Positions 27,913 through 37,788 are shown, counted from the stretch's first letter. The stretch: DNA of 64,000 nt from Candidatus Anderseniibacteriota bacterium (GCA_040900375.1 JBBDZC010000003.1:586-64585), one strand, 5' to 3'. Translations and numbers: made by a program. The notes: generated by a model from the sequence alone, not told the origin.

Positions 27913-29381
27913 GCAGCCACCTTGTTATTCCCACTAGTAGCTGACACTAATCCGGCCATAATCCAAAAAAGGGCGTTAGTGGGATAAATATCCCACGTAT
28001 CAATAAAAATTGCCTGGAGCATAAAAGAGATTAACCAACCAAGCGCGCTCAAGGCAATAATACGCGGCACGCCCGTCCGCAAAAAGATGGTAGTTACCCC
28101 GGTTCGTAGTAGCCGCCAATAAATCCAGGCGTACAACAAGAGGCCGATGAGTCCCAATTCAATGAGTGTTTTAAGATACTGATTATCGACGAGGGTAGTA
28201 TTTTTCGCTAGCTGCACGTTGCGCGCTGCACCCGTAGCAATATCATATGAGGTTAGGGTTACTTCGCGGAAGTTCTGCGCGAGCACATCACCTAGACCTC
28301 GGCCAATAATTGCTTCGTGATTAGACAGCGGTGCCAACAGTCGGGCGAGGAATTCCAACCGTTCCTGATTACTACGATACCCTGAATCAAAACTCGAGGA
28401 AATAAAAACTCCCACGCGGGTAAATTGAGCCACAGCCACCGTTACCATCACCAATAGTAAGCAGCAAATTGCCAGCTTTCGCCAAGGAAAAGCCGCCACA
28501 GAATACTTCTTAAAAGACGCTGTCGCCACCAGCCCAATAATAGTGATAAGCAAGCTAGCAAATCCCAGCCACACGGCCCGAGAATACGTCAGATAAATTA
28601 AGAGTGTAGCCGCTAGTAACAAAAAACCTGCACCAGCCCGCACTCTACGCGAAGTTTTTACCAGAACAGCCGCCAGACAAATACCGGCAATAAGAATAAG
28701 ATAGTGGCCGAAAACACTAGGATGACCAAAAGTGCTCGACACCCGAGGAATCCATAATTTAACAGCTGGTTCAAAGCGCAACACCGCACTATCAATCGCG
28801 AACCACCATTGATAAGCACTAGCTACGACAGTGATCGCAAAGGAAAAAAATAACCACATGAGCAGTTCGTAGTAAAATTTCTTTGTCCGCGGCAAATAGA
28901 GAACAATAAAATAGAGCAAGATATATAGTAATATTTCTCTGGTTCGCAGGATACCTAGCAGGCGAGAATCAGCGCGCAGGAGAGCGACGCTTACCCATAG
29001 ACTAAGTCCGATGACTGGTCCGATTAATACCATGCGGCGGTAGGTCAGCTTTTTTTGAAGCAGAGGCCATAAGAACAGATGAACAAAAAGCGTGACAATA
29101 ATAACATCCTTGATCAGGGTGGCAATACTAATGGTCTGCGTCACCTTAAGGAGTGGCAGCAGTGGGCTGATAATCACGAGCATAAAGAAACCAAGCACAG
29201 GCTGTTGCCACACCCACCAGGCGACAATTACAAAGAGGAGGCTTAAAACTCCCGCTTGAAAGCTAACAGTCAGGCTAATGACCGCAACACTCATTGCGGC
29301 AATCAGCGCCCAGGCGTAGCCGGGAGGAAAACTCACAGAAGAGAGTCGCTCAAGATTATACATGGGACTTAATTTTCTCAT
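27909..29381 (-). CDS. O-antigen ligase/Wzy_C-like polytopic membrane protein
   Basis: RVSSTFGHP, TYSRAVW, GRGLG and DNQYLKTLIELG motifs; start may be 29363. Confidence 0.85.
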   Translation of the reverse strand: MRKLSPMYNLERLSSVSFPPGYAWALIAAMSVAVISLTVSFQAGVLSLLFVIVAWWVWQQPVLGFFMLVIISPLLPLLKVTQTISIATLIKDVIIVTLFVHLFLWPLLQKKLTYRRMVLIGPVIGLSLWVSVALLRADSRLLGILRTREILLYILLYFIVLYLPRTKKFYYELLMWLFFSFAITVVASAYQWWFAIDSAVLRFEPAVKLWIPRVSSTFGHPSVFGHYLILIAGICLAAVLVKTSRRVRAGAGFLLLAATLLIYLTYSRAVWLGFASLLITIIGLVATASFKKYSVAAFPWRKLAICCLLLVMVTVAVAQFTRVGVFISSSFDSGYRSNQERLEFLARLLAPLSNHEAIIGRGLGDVLAQNFREVTLTSYDIATGAARNVQLAKNTTLVDNQYLKTLIELGLIGLLLYAWIYWRLLRTGVTTIFLRTGVPRIIALSALGWLISFMLQAIFIDTWDIYPTNALFWIMAGLVSATSGNNKVAA

Positions 29382-30324
29382 TATTATTTCTCCACCCCAA
29401 ATGAAAAAGTATTGCCGGAATTGTAAGGACTAGGGCCAGAGGCAGCAAGAGGATAAGCAGAACGTATGCCCCCGTCCCCAAATGTTTTCGGGTGTAATGA
29501 AGACAACTCTTAAAGAAGGGCCATGAACGTTGCCAGCCAATAAGTTGATTAAAACTGATTCCTCCATAGTGCAATACGACTGCCGCTGGCACATAGAGAA
29601 TTTTCCAACCAGCCGCGCTCGCCCGCCGACAATAATCAACCTCTTCTAACCACACCCAAAAACGCTCATCAAGATACCCAATAGTAGTAAGCAACTCTTG
29701 GTGAATTAAGAAAGCCGCACCCATCACCTGTTCCACTATCTGTTCTTGCTCGTAATTAAAATCAGTCCAGAGGTATTCCCGCCAGCGGCGGGTGCGGCCC
29801 GCTACTCGACTTAATTTAAGAAACCACCCTATAAAGATAGGCAGAGTGGGTAATCGTCGAACTGATAATTGTTGTGTCCGATCAGCGTTGAGTAATTTAG
29901 GCCCCACAATGCCAACGCCGGGATGATGATCAAGTGCCATCACCATCTGCTCTAACGCCCCCGACTGCACCTTGGTGTCCGGATTAAGCAAGAGAATATG
30001 AGTCCGGCTCGCTCGCGTTCGGTGTATATAATGAATGCCCAAGTTATTAGCACGTGCAAAGCCTACGTTCTGCGCTTGCTTAAGTAAGTGGACGGGTAGT
30101 TTATTGCCCCCCGTAAATGCCCCGCCGCTAGCGGCGGGGACGGCTTCATCATTCGCTAGTACGACCGATTCGAGTCGAATTATCGAGTCATCCGTCGAAG
30201 CATTATCAATAACGACAATCGCTTCGATAAGGTTTTTTTCTGGCAATCGCAGCAGCGACTGCACACATTGGACTAGCAACTCTCCAGTATTCCAATTAAC
30301 AATTATGACGCTTACTTTTGTCAT
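29356..30324 (-). CDS. GT2 glycosyltransferase carrying a 15-aa in-frame mini-element insertion
   Basis: VIIVNWN, DNASTD, NVGFARANN, LLLNPD and EEVDYC motifs; insert EAVPAASGGAFTGGN. Confidence 0.92.
   Translation of the reverse strand: MTKVSVIIVNWNTGELLVQCVQSLLRLPEKNLIEAIVVIDNASTDDSIIRLESVVLANDEAVPAASGGAFTGGNKLPVHLLKQAQNVGFARANNLGIHYIHRTRASRTHILLLNPDTKVQSGALEQMVMALDHHPGVGIVGPKLLNADRTQQLSVRRLPTLPIFIGWFLKLSRVAGRTRRWREYLWTDFNYEQEQIVEQVMGAAFLIHQELLTTIGYLDERFWVWLEEVDYCRRASAAGWKILYVPAAVVLHYGGISFNQLIGWQRSWPFFKSCLHYTRKHLGTGAYVLLILLLPLALVLTIPAILFHLGWRNNNEKIKSHV
30105..30149 (+). mobile_element. 45-bp single-hairpin mini-element inside a CDS (TTTAT family)
   Basis: TTTAT|TGCCCCCCGTAAATGCCCCGCCGCTAGCGGCGGGGACGGCTTCAT; first 36 nt are 33/36 identical to the left end, and last 8 nt identical to the right end, of 16481-16609. 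Confidence 0.8.
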
Positions 30325-30453
30325 TAGTATTAAAATAGTCAAATATTAAGCCGGGTGCTTCAAGATCTAATAAGTCTGCCTCGATAGTGCATGGACATAC
30401 CCAGGCTGTCAAAAACTCCAATGCCTACCGACGCTTACATTATTACTCTCTCT

Positions 30454-30565
30454 GTCAACCCATTCGACTCCACGGTCTAAAGGCCGTGGCTTGCTTAAGG
30501 GTTGACTCTAAAGCCGCGCGTATCTCCACCCTGAAGGGTGGAACTTGCGCGAGTCGAAGAGTCAA
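30454..30565 (-). mobile_element. TTGAC-bounded ~110-bp palindromic element, copy 4
   Basis: Reverse-oriented, near-identical copy, 18 bp upstream of the Nif3 pseudogene ATG. Confidence 0.85.
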
Positions 30566-30583
30566 GTGCATTACTATACGAAC

Positions 30584-30844
30584 ATGCTACCACTGACCTA
30601 AGTCTCGAATTATCTAGATCAATATCTGGCAATTACCGACATTGAAGACGATTGTTGGAATGGACTACAATTTGCCGGTAAGTCAGAAGTTGGTAAAATT
30701 GCTTTCGCCGTTGATGCGGGTCTCAACGTCATCTTTGCTGGCCACTATGCCACTGAAACTCTCGGCCTGCGCGCTTTAGCAGATCATATGCACCAGAAGT
30801 TTTCTCTGCCAGTGGAGTTTCTCGATCTGCCAACGGGGCTTTAG
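30584..30844 (+). pseudogene. Nif3/YbgI dinuclear-metal protein pseudogene (early stop plus large internal deletion)
   Basis: MLPLT*VSNYLDQYL...DCWNGLQFAG...KIAFAVDA fused directly to GLNVIFAGHYATETLGLRAL...EFLDLPTGL*. Confidence 0.85.
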
Positions 30845-30856
30845 ACCCTCTATTTT

Positions 30857-31966
30857 TTAAGAACCCGCTAAATGCAGCACTTGAAGAGTGGCCGATGTAG
30901 TTGCTTCCCAAGATAATAGTTGGACTCGTTTGAGTCCGCGGTCTACCAGTTCTGATCGTTGTGTTAAAGCCGTGGTAATACCATCTGCAATACTCTCGGC
31001 AGACTCTGGCTCTACGAGAATTGCCGCCCCGCCTGCCACTTCAGGCAGCGCCGAAACGTTCGCGACCACTACCGGGCAACCACATGCCATCGCCTCGAGA
31101 ACCGGCATGCCAAAACCCTCATAGAGACTCGGCAGCACAAAGACTTCCGCGTGCCAATACAATACGGGCAGTAGATCATCCGGCACTGGTCCAGTGAGTA
31201 AGATTCGTTCTTTAATAGGTGAGGCCTGTACTCTTCTAAGAATCGGTCGCTGGAGCCAGCCATGGCCACCCGCAATCACTAATTGCAATTCAGGCCTGGC
31301 AGGGTTGATAATTTCAAAAGCCTCAATTAACCGTTCGAGGTTTTTACGCGGTTGAATCTGACCAACATATAGAATATAGGGGCGGTGCAATTGACTATAG
31401 TGCGCTGTGAGAGCGGCCAAATGACGCTCTCGTTCATCTGGCGTCGGCACAGAGAATTTTTCTTGGTCAACACCATGGTGAATGATATGGACCCCTGCAG
31501 TCCGGCCGTAGTATCGCTCAATGTCATCGGCGGTGGCTTGCGATACGGCGATAATCGCCGTGGCCTCACGGGCCACATACGCGCTAAAGGTGTGGAGCAA
31601 AGCCCAATCTTTATAGCGAAACTGCTGCGGATAGCGATGAACGGCCAAATCATGAATAACAGCAACAGTTCTCATTTTTTTCGGGCGCAGATAGGGAATT
31701 TGCTGAATAGGCATGAATAAAACATCTGGTTGGTGCTTATATAACTCGCCCGGCAGGCGCAGTTGCGTCCAATATTTCGGCCACGGTGATATATGAAGAT
31801 GAACATGGGGCGCTGGCTGATATTGGGCTACAGGTGCAGGTGTAAAAAAATGCCACTCATCATGCGCAGCCGCTGTCGGCAATCTCTCGGCCAGCTCGCG
31901 GGTATAACGCGTCGTACCATCCGCTCGGTTAGTGGCTAAATCAGAAATATCAAATCCAATCCGCAT
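30857..31966 (-). CDS. GT4 glycosyltransferase
   Basis: IHDLA, PRKNL and PSLYEGFGMPVLEAMACG motifs. Confidence 0.93.
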   Translation of the reverse strand: MRIGFDISDLATNRADGTTRYTRELAERLPTAAAHDEWHFFTPAPVAQYQPAPHVHLHISPWPKYWTQLRLPGELYKHQPDVLFMPIQQIPYLRPKKMRTVAVIHDLAVHRYPQQFRYKDWALLHTFSAYVAREATAIIAVSQATADDIERYYGRTAGVHIIHHGVDQEKFSVPTPDERERHLAALTAHYSQLHRPYILYVGQIQPRKNLERLIEAFEIINPARPELQLVIAGGHGWLQRPILRRVQASPIKERILLTGPVPDDLLPVLYWHAEVFVLPSLYEGFGMPVLEAMACGCPVVVANVSALPEVAGGAAILVEPESAESIADGITTALTQRSELVDRGLKRVQLLSWEATTSATLQVLHLAGS

Positions 31967-32004
31967 AGAACAGTGTTAGAGTTTTAGATAGGGACATATA
32001 TGCT

Positions 32005-34644
32005 TTAGTTCCAAAGATTATTAATCAAAGTAAGAATGCGCTCCACTCGATCTTCCCAGCTATGATGATGTGCTTGGGCAATTCGTTCTACTTTCCGGTG
32101 TTGCGGGTTCTTTAAAAATTGTTCTCCCTGCTGGATAAACTCCTCTGGATTAGTAGCATAGCCAATATCTTGGCTATATTCCTTGAGCTCGGGCAAGCCG
32201 GTTACCAGTAGCGGTTTGCCAGTCGCCATAAATTCCCAAAATTTAAGCGGAAAACTGGCTTCATTATAGCGGCTTAACCGATATGGAATAATACATATAT
32301 CAAAGTTTGCCACATAGCTAGGCACGACTTGCCGTTTCACCGGGCCGATTAAATGAATATTAGGCAATGACTTTATTTTTGCTAAAATTTCGGGACTGCG
32401 GTCAACAATTGGTTCGCCAATAAAGATAAACTGCCAAGCCGCCCGGCGAGTTGCCACCGTATACAAAAGATCAAAATCAATCTTATAGGAGTCAAGCGCT
32501 CCCACTGAGCCAAAAATAGGGTGGGGTATCGTTGCCAGGCGAGCCTGTATCGGGGCGGGTGCAGTCGCGGCAGAAAGGTTAAAAAACGCCTTCACATCAC
32601 CGGCGTTAAGGACTAGATGAATGTTAGTATGCTGTTGTTGTTTGAGCGTTAAAAGTTTTTTGGAAGTGACGGTTACTAAATCAGCACGCTGGATAATAGC
32701 GTGCTCTTCCTCGACCACCCGTTTAGGGTTACGATCCACCCCCGCTTGGGCCGCATGATCATCAACACAATCATAAATAACTTTAGCGGTTCTAAATGCT
32801 GATAAATATTCAGCTGCTTCTGTATCGTAAATCCAGACGAGCGTGGCCGCCTTCTTGAAGTGCAGTAAGCGCAGACACAGCAACACACTCGGTCGGTTAA
32901 GCCAATGGTTAATGGTAGCAATCCATTTTATTTCCCGTGAGCCGGGTAGTAAATTCCATTGCGACTTTATATAAAGATAGTTGCTTTTCTTTTCTAACCA
33001 GAAGATTCTCGTTAGTAGCTTGAAAATGCTGTGTGGTTGTCGCCAATTATTTAACAAGAAACGAAGAATCCAAATTCGCGGTTCTACATATAAAACAGGA
33101 TAACGTTGCGCTACGCGCGACATCATGTGCTGGCGATTAGTCCACGAAGGCTGATCATATGCCGCCCCGGCAAAACACACCACCTGAAAACTATTTTTTA
33201 CTAGCACCGCTGTCCGTGATCGTCTTGTAAAAGCTGCCGGGAGAAGATTACTGCGCCTCACTTCCCGGATACTATATAACAGAAGCAATACCAATACTCC
33301 TATCCTTATACCCAAACCCGGCCCACTTAAGAGCCAGATAACCGCGATCCCCAAGATGCCTAACAGCAAAGCTAATTTATTGGTTAGTAACCTAATACCA
33401 TAATACCGCCGGGCAATAACAACCATGGCGAGGTAGGCTACGGCTGCACCACTGAACACAGCGACCGCGGCCCAGAGCGGATCAGGATAGACAAGATATA
33501 GCCAACCCATGGTCGCAGCCGAGACAGCGGTCAGCAGTCCATAAATCCCGGCTCGTACATGTGGCTTATCAGCGGCGACAAAAACGCTACTAGTGCCAAT
33601 ATCGAGTAGCGAATACAAGAAGAAGGCGAGGGTCATAATATAAATCAGCGGTTCCGCAGGCAGGTAGTTTACGCCAATAATATAAGTCAATATTTCTGGT
33701 GTAAAAAATAGGAGCAGGAGTGTTAGAGTGGTCATAAGCATGAAAACGCGACGCATGTTACGGGTGACGACATGCTTAAACTGCTCTATTTGACCTGCAT
33801 ATAGAGAGCTCATCCATGATAAATTTACTTCCGACAGTGCCATTGCAATAATCGTCAGTCGCGCGCCAAAAGTTAAAGAGACATTCAAGTAACCTAACTG
33901 GTCAGACGCCAATACTCCACCCAAGGCTAAAAGCGGCAGGCGTTGCCAGACCACAAAAAATATGCGGGCGAGATACATAAAGGCGCCAATCTTCATTACT
34001 CGCCGGCTATAACGTAAAAGCTCTGACCAGGACGGAAAAGCTAACGCCTGACGTAAATTGCGCCGGACAATAATACCCAGCAAAACCACCATGATTACTG
34101 TCGTGACAATCACGGCATAGAAGAATCCTTGGGTTCCCAGAAATAAAATAAAAAGACCAAAAACAACAATGTTAATGGCCGCGGTCAGGATTTGCACCAA
34201 GTACAAACTATAAAACTTCTTCATACCCGTGAGTGTTGCCCCGAGCACGTCTTGGAGGCCCTGGAGAACTAACACGGCAGCAAAAAGCTGCAAATAGGGG
34301 GTGATTTCTGGCTTGCCGTATATGGAGACGGCAATCAGATTGGCTAAGGCTAGTAATCCAAGAGACAGGGGAACTGTGACAAGCTGGCGGGTGATTTGTG
34401 ATGCCCAAAAGATCTTACCAATTTCTTGCTTACTCTTGAGAATAGCAATTTCACGAATGGCGCCATCAACAATCCCTAAGTGTTGGGAAACACCAATCAC
34501 TCCCCCAATCGACATGACCAGTCCTACCAGACCAAACTGTTCTGGTGAAAGCAGGCGGACGATGATAATGCTCTGGCCAATGCCCAGCGCCGTGGTAATG
34601 GCCTTGGTAAAAAGAGACAAAAATTGGATGCGGGCAAGGCTCAT
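32005..34644 (-). CDS. Fusion of Wzx-type flippase and GT-B (TuaH-like) glycosyltransferase
   Basis: About 470 aa polytopic (RLLSPEQFG), then WTNRQH, YDCVDD and FPLKFWEFMATGKP; one continuous frame. Confidence 0.85.
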   Translation of the reverse strand: MSLARIQFLSLFTKAITTALGIGQSIIIVRLLSPEQFGLVGLVMSIGGVIGVSQHLGIVDGAIREIAILKSKQEIGKIFWASQITRQLVTVPLSLGLLALANLIAVSIYGKPEITPYLQLFAAVLVLQGLQDVLGATLTGMKKFYSLYLVQILTAAINIVVFGLFILFLGTQGFFYAVIVTTVIMVVLLGIIVRRNLRQALAFPSWSELLRYSRRVMKIGAFMYLARIFFVVWQRLPLLALGGVLASDQLGYLNVSLTFGARLTIIAMALSEVNLSWMSSLYAGQIEQFKHVVTRNMRRVFMLMTTLTLLLLFFTPEILTYIIGVNYLPAEPLIYIMTLAFFLYSLLDIGTSSVFVAADKPHVRAGIYGLLTAVSAATMGWLYLVYPDPLWAAVAVFSGAAVAYLAMVVIARRYYGIRLLTNKLALLLGILGIAVIWLLSGPGLGIRIGVLVLLLLYSIREVRRSNLLPAAFTRRSRTAVLVKNSFQVVCFAGAAYDQPSWTNRQHMMSRVAQRYPVLYVEPRIWILRFLLNNWRQPHSIFKLLTRIFWLEKKSNYLYIKSQWNLLPGSREIKWIATINHWLNRPSVLLCLRLLHFKKAATLVWIYDTEAAEYLSAFRTAKVIYDCVDDHAAQAGVDRNPKRVVEEEHAIIQRADLVTVTSKKLLTLKQQQHTNIHLVLNAGDVKAFFNLSAATAPAPIQARLATIPHPIFGSVGALDSYKIDFDLLYTVATRRAAWQFIFIGEPIVDRSPEILAKIKSLPNIHLIGPVKRQVVPSYVANFDICIIPYRLSRYNEASFPLKFWEFMATGKPLLVTGLPELKEYSQDIGYATNPEEFIQQGEQFLKNPQHRKVERIAQAHHHSWEDRVERILTLINNLWN

Positions 34645-34676
34645 ACCACAAGTAAGCAAACCATGATACTAGAATT

Positions 34677-35870
34677 TCATATCTTGGCAAGCGCGCGGGA
34701 ACGCGTTGCCACAACAGCATCAATAACACCTTTTACTAACAAGATCCGCTTTGCCCAGCGAAATTGCTCCCAGGCACGAGTGCGAGCCGCTTGGGCCAGT
34801 TTATCGCGTTGATGAGGTTGATTAAGTAACTGCACAATTGCCTCTCGCACCCCTGTTACATCATTTGGCCTGACAATCAGGCCCGTTATCTGGTGTTGGA
34901 CTGCTTCGCGAGCGCCGCCACTGTTAGTCGCAATGGCCGGTGTGCCGGCGGCCGCTGCCTCAAGATAAACAATGCCAAACCCCTCTTCATCCTTGACTAT
35001 CGGGCGAGGAGTGAGTAGGAAAATTTCTGCGCCAGCGTATAAAGACGGCAAATCATAAACTGAAACGTGGCCTAAAAACCGGACGCTCGTTTGCATAAAG
35101 TGTTGCGTTGCCAGCCGTACTAATTTATCTTTTTCCGGCCCTTCACCAACAATCACAAGCTGAAGCTCACTGAACTTGGTCTGATCAAGCTTAACAAATG
35201 CTTCAATCAAGACATCAATACCCTTACGTTCAATGAGCCGCCCTACTGTAAGAAGATAGGGTTTTTTTAAACCATACTTAGTTAAGATCGCTTGTTGTGC
35301 TACCGGTACTGGCTTAACAAAATATTGCTCGTCAACCCCGGGCCAAATTTTAACGAGCTGCTCCGCCCGAGCACCGAGTGCTAATAACTTTTGCTTAGTG
35401 ACTTCATTAATATAGATAATCCGATCAGCATACTGAAGCACTCGCTCTAATTTTCGCCGCTCCTTAGCCTTACCTGCCCAAGTTTCAATTTCCATCGCAT
35501 AGGTGAATACAACGTACGGGATACCCAAATACTTTTTTAAGTAGTAACCAATTAAGCCTTCGCACAAAGCCTTACCACACAGGACAATATCAACATTTTC
35601 TCGCCGTAGCTGGCGGTACGTTGCAATAAATAAGGGTAACCATGCGGGTTTAATAAATGACCAGTACCAGCGCCTAGCAATGACAGCCCGTATACCATTA
35701 TCCTTGCCGTCAATCTTAGTATCTGCCCACGGAGGCACCACCACCGTCACACTTTGAGTGGGTAAATTTCCCGCGATATGCGTTAAGTAGTTTTCAATAC
35801 CACCAATCCGGGGTGGCCAATTTTCTGTCAGCAAAAAAACATGCATACGATGACGGTATGATCGTGACAT
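34677..35870 (-). CDS. GT4 glycosyltransferase (PimB-like)
   Basis: PPRIGGIE, VGRLIERKG and EGFGIVYLEAAAAG motifs. Confidence 0.92.
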   Translation of the reverse strand: MSRSYRHRMHVFLLTENWPPRIGGIENYLTHIAGNLPTQSVTVVVPPWADTKIDGKDNGIRAVIARRWYWSFIKPAWLPLFIATYRQLRRENVDIVLCGKALCEGLIGYYLKKYLGIPYVVFTYAMEIETWAGKAKERRKLERVLQYADRIIYINEVTKQKLLALGARAEQLVKIWPGVDEQYFVKPVPVAQQAILTKYGLKKPYLLTVGRLIERKGIDVLIEAFVKLDQTKFSELQLVIVGEGPEKDKLVRLATQHFMQTSVRFLGHVSVYDLPSLYAGAEIFLLTPRPIVKDEEGFGIVYLEAAAAGTPAIATNSGGAREAVQHQITGLIVRPNDVTGVREAIVQLLNQPHQRDKLAQAARTRAWEQFRWAKRILLVKGVIDAVVATRSRALAKI

Positions 35871-35914
35871 ATTTACTACGCAAATGCTACTAAGCGCGTG
35901 CGCAAGCGACTATT

Positions 35915-37333
35915 TTAGTAAGCCTTAACGAGGCTAACTCCTTTATAGAAATATTTGAGAATCTTTTGAAAACTCCATTTATCCTGCCCGGCTAAGCCAT
36001 ACGCACCTTGCGCACTCATACCGACACAGTGGCCCCTACAGGTAGAGGAAGCATGGCGCGGATCCTTGACTGATTGCAGGTGAGGAAAACGGCTGCTATT
36101 CCACTGTTCTTGCGCGCTCCGTGTTCGCCCATCAGAATCAGAGAAATAAACCGTTACCACAGGTTTATCACCCTCCCCATTAGTCACAATCACTCCCTTA
36201 GTTTTATTAAAAATACTTGCCATGCGCGATGTAATGAGCTCATATTCATACCCTCGGTAGAGTTGGTCATTGGCAGTGTTATCAATATCAAAACGCTGCC
36301 TCACAAATCGTCCGCCAGTAATAACCTTGTGGTAAAGTACGTAAGTACGGGCAACCGTGCCTAGCGCCTTAATGTACTCTTCTGGTCCTTGGCCCGATGT
36401 TTCTGCTAAACCTCGCAAATAATATTCCGTTCGTAACTCATTAATTGCCCATAATTCATTACAGCCATTGCACTTGCGAATCTCAATCACCCCTCGAAAA
36501 CGATTATAGTTCTTGCCGGTGATCGTGGGCGAAGGATCGGAGTAACTCGTAATCTGCATAATCGCCCCTGCCAGGGGCACGAGACGGACTTCACTGACGG
36601 GATCAAGATTAAGGCCGGAACCGCGAACATGATACTTCTCATCGGACCAACTGACTTGCACGACATCATCTTTATCCACTGTCGCCAAAATCTTCGTTCG
36701 GCCTTCCCGCACCTGGAATGAGCCGTTAGCCGTAACATGGATGGCTCGTCCGTCAGTCTTAAAAATACCAATACGCACCTCGTCACCCATTGGGTGAGTA
36801 CTAATGCCCGCCACTGTCCGACGGCTAACCCCGCCTGGAGAGCTCGCGACCGCGGCGGCCTTAACGCCACAAATACTGTCACTACCCTTGCGCACATTTT
36901 TTGCCTTATGGTACTGCATTGAGGATACCAAGTTTTTGTACTTAGTAATGTCACCGCAGCTAATACGCTTTCGCCACCAGACTTTTTCCGCCGCGGTCGG
37001 ATCATTGCCATAAATATTCACAAACAAAGGCAGGACAGCCTTGATCATTGTTTGTTTATCATCAGCTATCCCCGCCGGCAGGCCGCCGGCTAGAGGAGAG
37101 CTCCCGGCGTGTTCCCGCTGGTAGGCCATCGCGCCCACAAGGGCTTGGTAGGTCGTCTTTTCCTGACGGTCTACGCGACCTTCCCACCAGGCTTTTTCCG
37201 CGGCTGTAGGCTGACGACCATACACACTGACAAAAGCTGGCACAACCTGCTCGTGCAAGGTGGCGCCATCAGCCACAGTGACGATCGTTAAGCTGCCAAC
37301 AATAATAAAAAGGATAGAAAAGGCTTTTTTCAT
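35915..37333 (-). CDS. Secreted SpoIID/LytB-domain protein with two N-terminal repeats
   Basis: Signal peptide MKKAFSIL; EYYLRGLAE, ARTY, DQLYRG, GHCVGMSAQGA and ILKYFY motifs. Confidence 0.85.
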   Translation of the reverse strand: MKKAFSILFIIVGSLTIVTVADGATLHEQVVPAFVSVYGRQPTAAEKAWWEGRVDRQEKTTYQALVGAMAYQREHAGSSPLAGGLPAGIADDKQTMIKAVLPLFVNIYGNDPTAAEKVWWRKRISCGDITKYKNLVSSMQYHKAKNVRKGSDSICGVKAAAVASSPGGVSRRTVAGISTHPMGDEVRIGIFKTDGRAIHVTANGSFQVREGRTKILATVDKDDVVQVSWSDEKYHVRGSGLNLDPVSEVRLVPLAGAIMQITSYSDPSPTITGKNYNRFRGVIEIRKCNGCNELWAINELRTEYYLRGLAETSGQGPEEYIKALGTVARTYVLYHKVITGGRFVRQRFDIDNTANDQLYRGYEYELITSRMASIFNKTKGVIVTNGEGDKPVVTVYFSDSDGRTRSAQEQWNSSRFPHLQSVKDPRHASSTCRGHCVGMSAQGAYGLAGQDKWSFQKILKYFYKGVSLVKAY

Positions 37334-37389
37334 ATAATCTTCATCAACAACAATACCCCTAGAATGATATACCAATATGATAGCACACT

Positions 37390-37776
37390 CTAGACAGGGA
37401 TAGCGAGTCGAGCACGAGCCTTGCGGACAATATCTTCTAATTCCCAGTCTGCCTTAACAATATAATCATGGACGCCACTATCAAATGATTCATCAATTTT
37501 TGCCGCATCACTAATATTAGTTAGGATAATGACTGGCACTTTACTCCCCCAAGAATTTTTCCGAAGTTTTTTGAGCATTGTTATACCATCCATTTCTGGC
37601 ATGACGATATCAACAAGGATCAGGTCCGGGTGCTCGGTCAAAGCAATGTGTAACCCCTCGCGGCCATTACTTGCAGTCGAGACAGTGAAACCGTGGTCAC
37701 GCAACTCTTCAGCTAAAACTCGTACCAGGGGTAATTCATCTTCAATGATTAAAACATGGTTACTATGGGCAGGCAT
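37390..37776 (-). CDS. Single-domain response regulator
   Basis: LIIEDE, DLILVDIVMP and YIVK receiver motifs. Confidence 0.93.
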   Translation of the reverse strand: MPAHSNHVLIIEDELPLVRVLAEELRDHGFTVSTASNGREGLHIALTEHPDLILVDIVMPEMDGITMLKKLRKNSWGSKVPVIILTNISDAAKIDESFDSGVHDYIVKADWELEDIVRKARARLAIPV

Positions 37777-37788
37777 AATGCAGTAAAT

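Noticed and set aside
11539-30565. Repeats as a CRISPR array or tRNAs
   Set aside because: The copies are dispersed kilobases apart in both orientations, with no repeat-spacer periodicity and no cas genes. The cloverleaf lacks T-loop and D-loop consensus and a CCA end.
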